A DNA stretch of 6,224 bases, taken from the NCBI RefSeq assembly GCF_006345805.1, contig NW_021829426.1, forward strand, positions 1-6,224, read 5' to 3'. Each line of letters begins with the position of its first letter. Position 1 is the stretch's first letter. Made by a program: the position numbers and the translations under genes. Positions 5,870 to 6,224 of the stretch are shown piece by piece. The notes under the pieces are model-generated. The model did no database searches. It saw nothing but the letters and a program-made list of their open reading frames with translations, and was not told the DNA's origin. This DNA comes from Octopus sinensis (Eukaryota).

Positions 5870-6224
5870 ATCTCACCTCATCTCATCTACTTCGCCCACT
5901 TATTCTTGGGAGGGTCATGGCGGAAGAGTCCTCAAGCATACCTTCCAACTTGTTCGTAGTCTACCCCTGAATCTCCTGGCGGTTGGGTTTTGCCCATAAA
6001 ACCTGTCCAGTAAATATTTTCTGAGACATTCTTACAACAGGTCCAAAGTATCGGAGCAGTGATCTCTCAATTCGGAGAAGTCGCGGCTCTACTTTTGAGC
6101 ACCTCTCTGATCTCCGAGCTACGCTCTTAACTAAGTAACCTTACTCCAAACTCAACCAAGTAACGTTGACCCAAAGAACCTTTGAAGAAGCCCTACCTCG
6201 ACCGCTTGTATTCACGATTTTTCA
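5870..6224 (-). mobile_element. RTE-clade LINE (Expander/Rex3-like) 3' end, continuing off the window
   Basis: Minus-strand frameshifted translation gives IQAVEVGLLQRFFG / RSSEIREVLK / VEPRLLRIERSLLRYFGPVVRM / RRFRGRLRTSW. This matches the RTE C-terminus RIQAAEMxFLRR...RSSxIRxxLxVEPLLLxIERSQLRWFGHxxRM...RPRGRPRTRW. A short 3' UTR ends in a (GATGA)n-like tail at 5870-5888. Confidence 0.9.

Noticed and set aside
5870-5940. RTE LINE as the partner of any SINE in the window
   Set aside because: No 3'-tail similarity: the LINE ends in (GATGA)n, whereas the SINE tails are TTCCA, GTAAAAGA and AAAGAAATA.

Overview
Eukaryotic, non-genic DNA that is almost wall-to-wall nested transposable elements. 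The SINE families look like those of Octopus; this is recognition from memory, not a database result. No intact host gene, RNA gene or CRISPR array is supported. In order: the 3' remnant of a Tc1/mariner-superfamily transposon (1-1080), split by a 4-unit tandem array of a tRNA-derived SINE (family A, minus strand, 184-bp period, 20-bp TSD); a full-length second SINE (family B) with a perfect 15-17-bp TSD; a (CA)n tract; a family-A dimer; a 95-bp foldback element; a CORE-like SINE (family C) with an internal (TA)n; a decayed Penelope-like retroelement with N-terminal GIY-YIG endonuclease (Naiad-type, about 3121-5271), interrupted by a 141-bp mariner MITE and a third family-A array; a mariner 3' fragment; a SINE tail fragment; and the 3' end of an RTE LINE. 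The most unusual signals are the multimer architecture of family A (fixed junctions, array-private variants, possible single Pol III read-through unit) and the reconstructable Naiad-type fossil.
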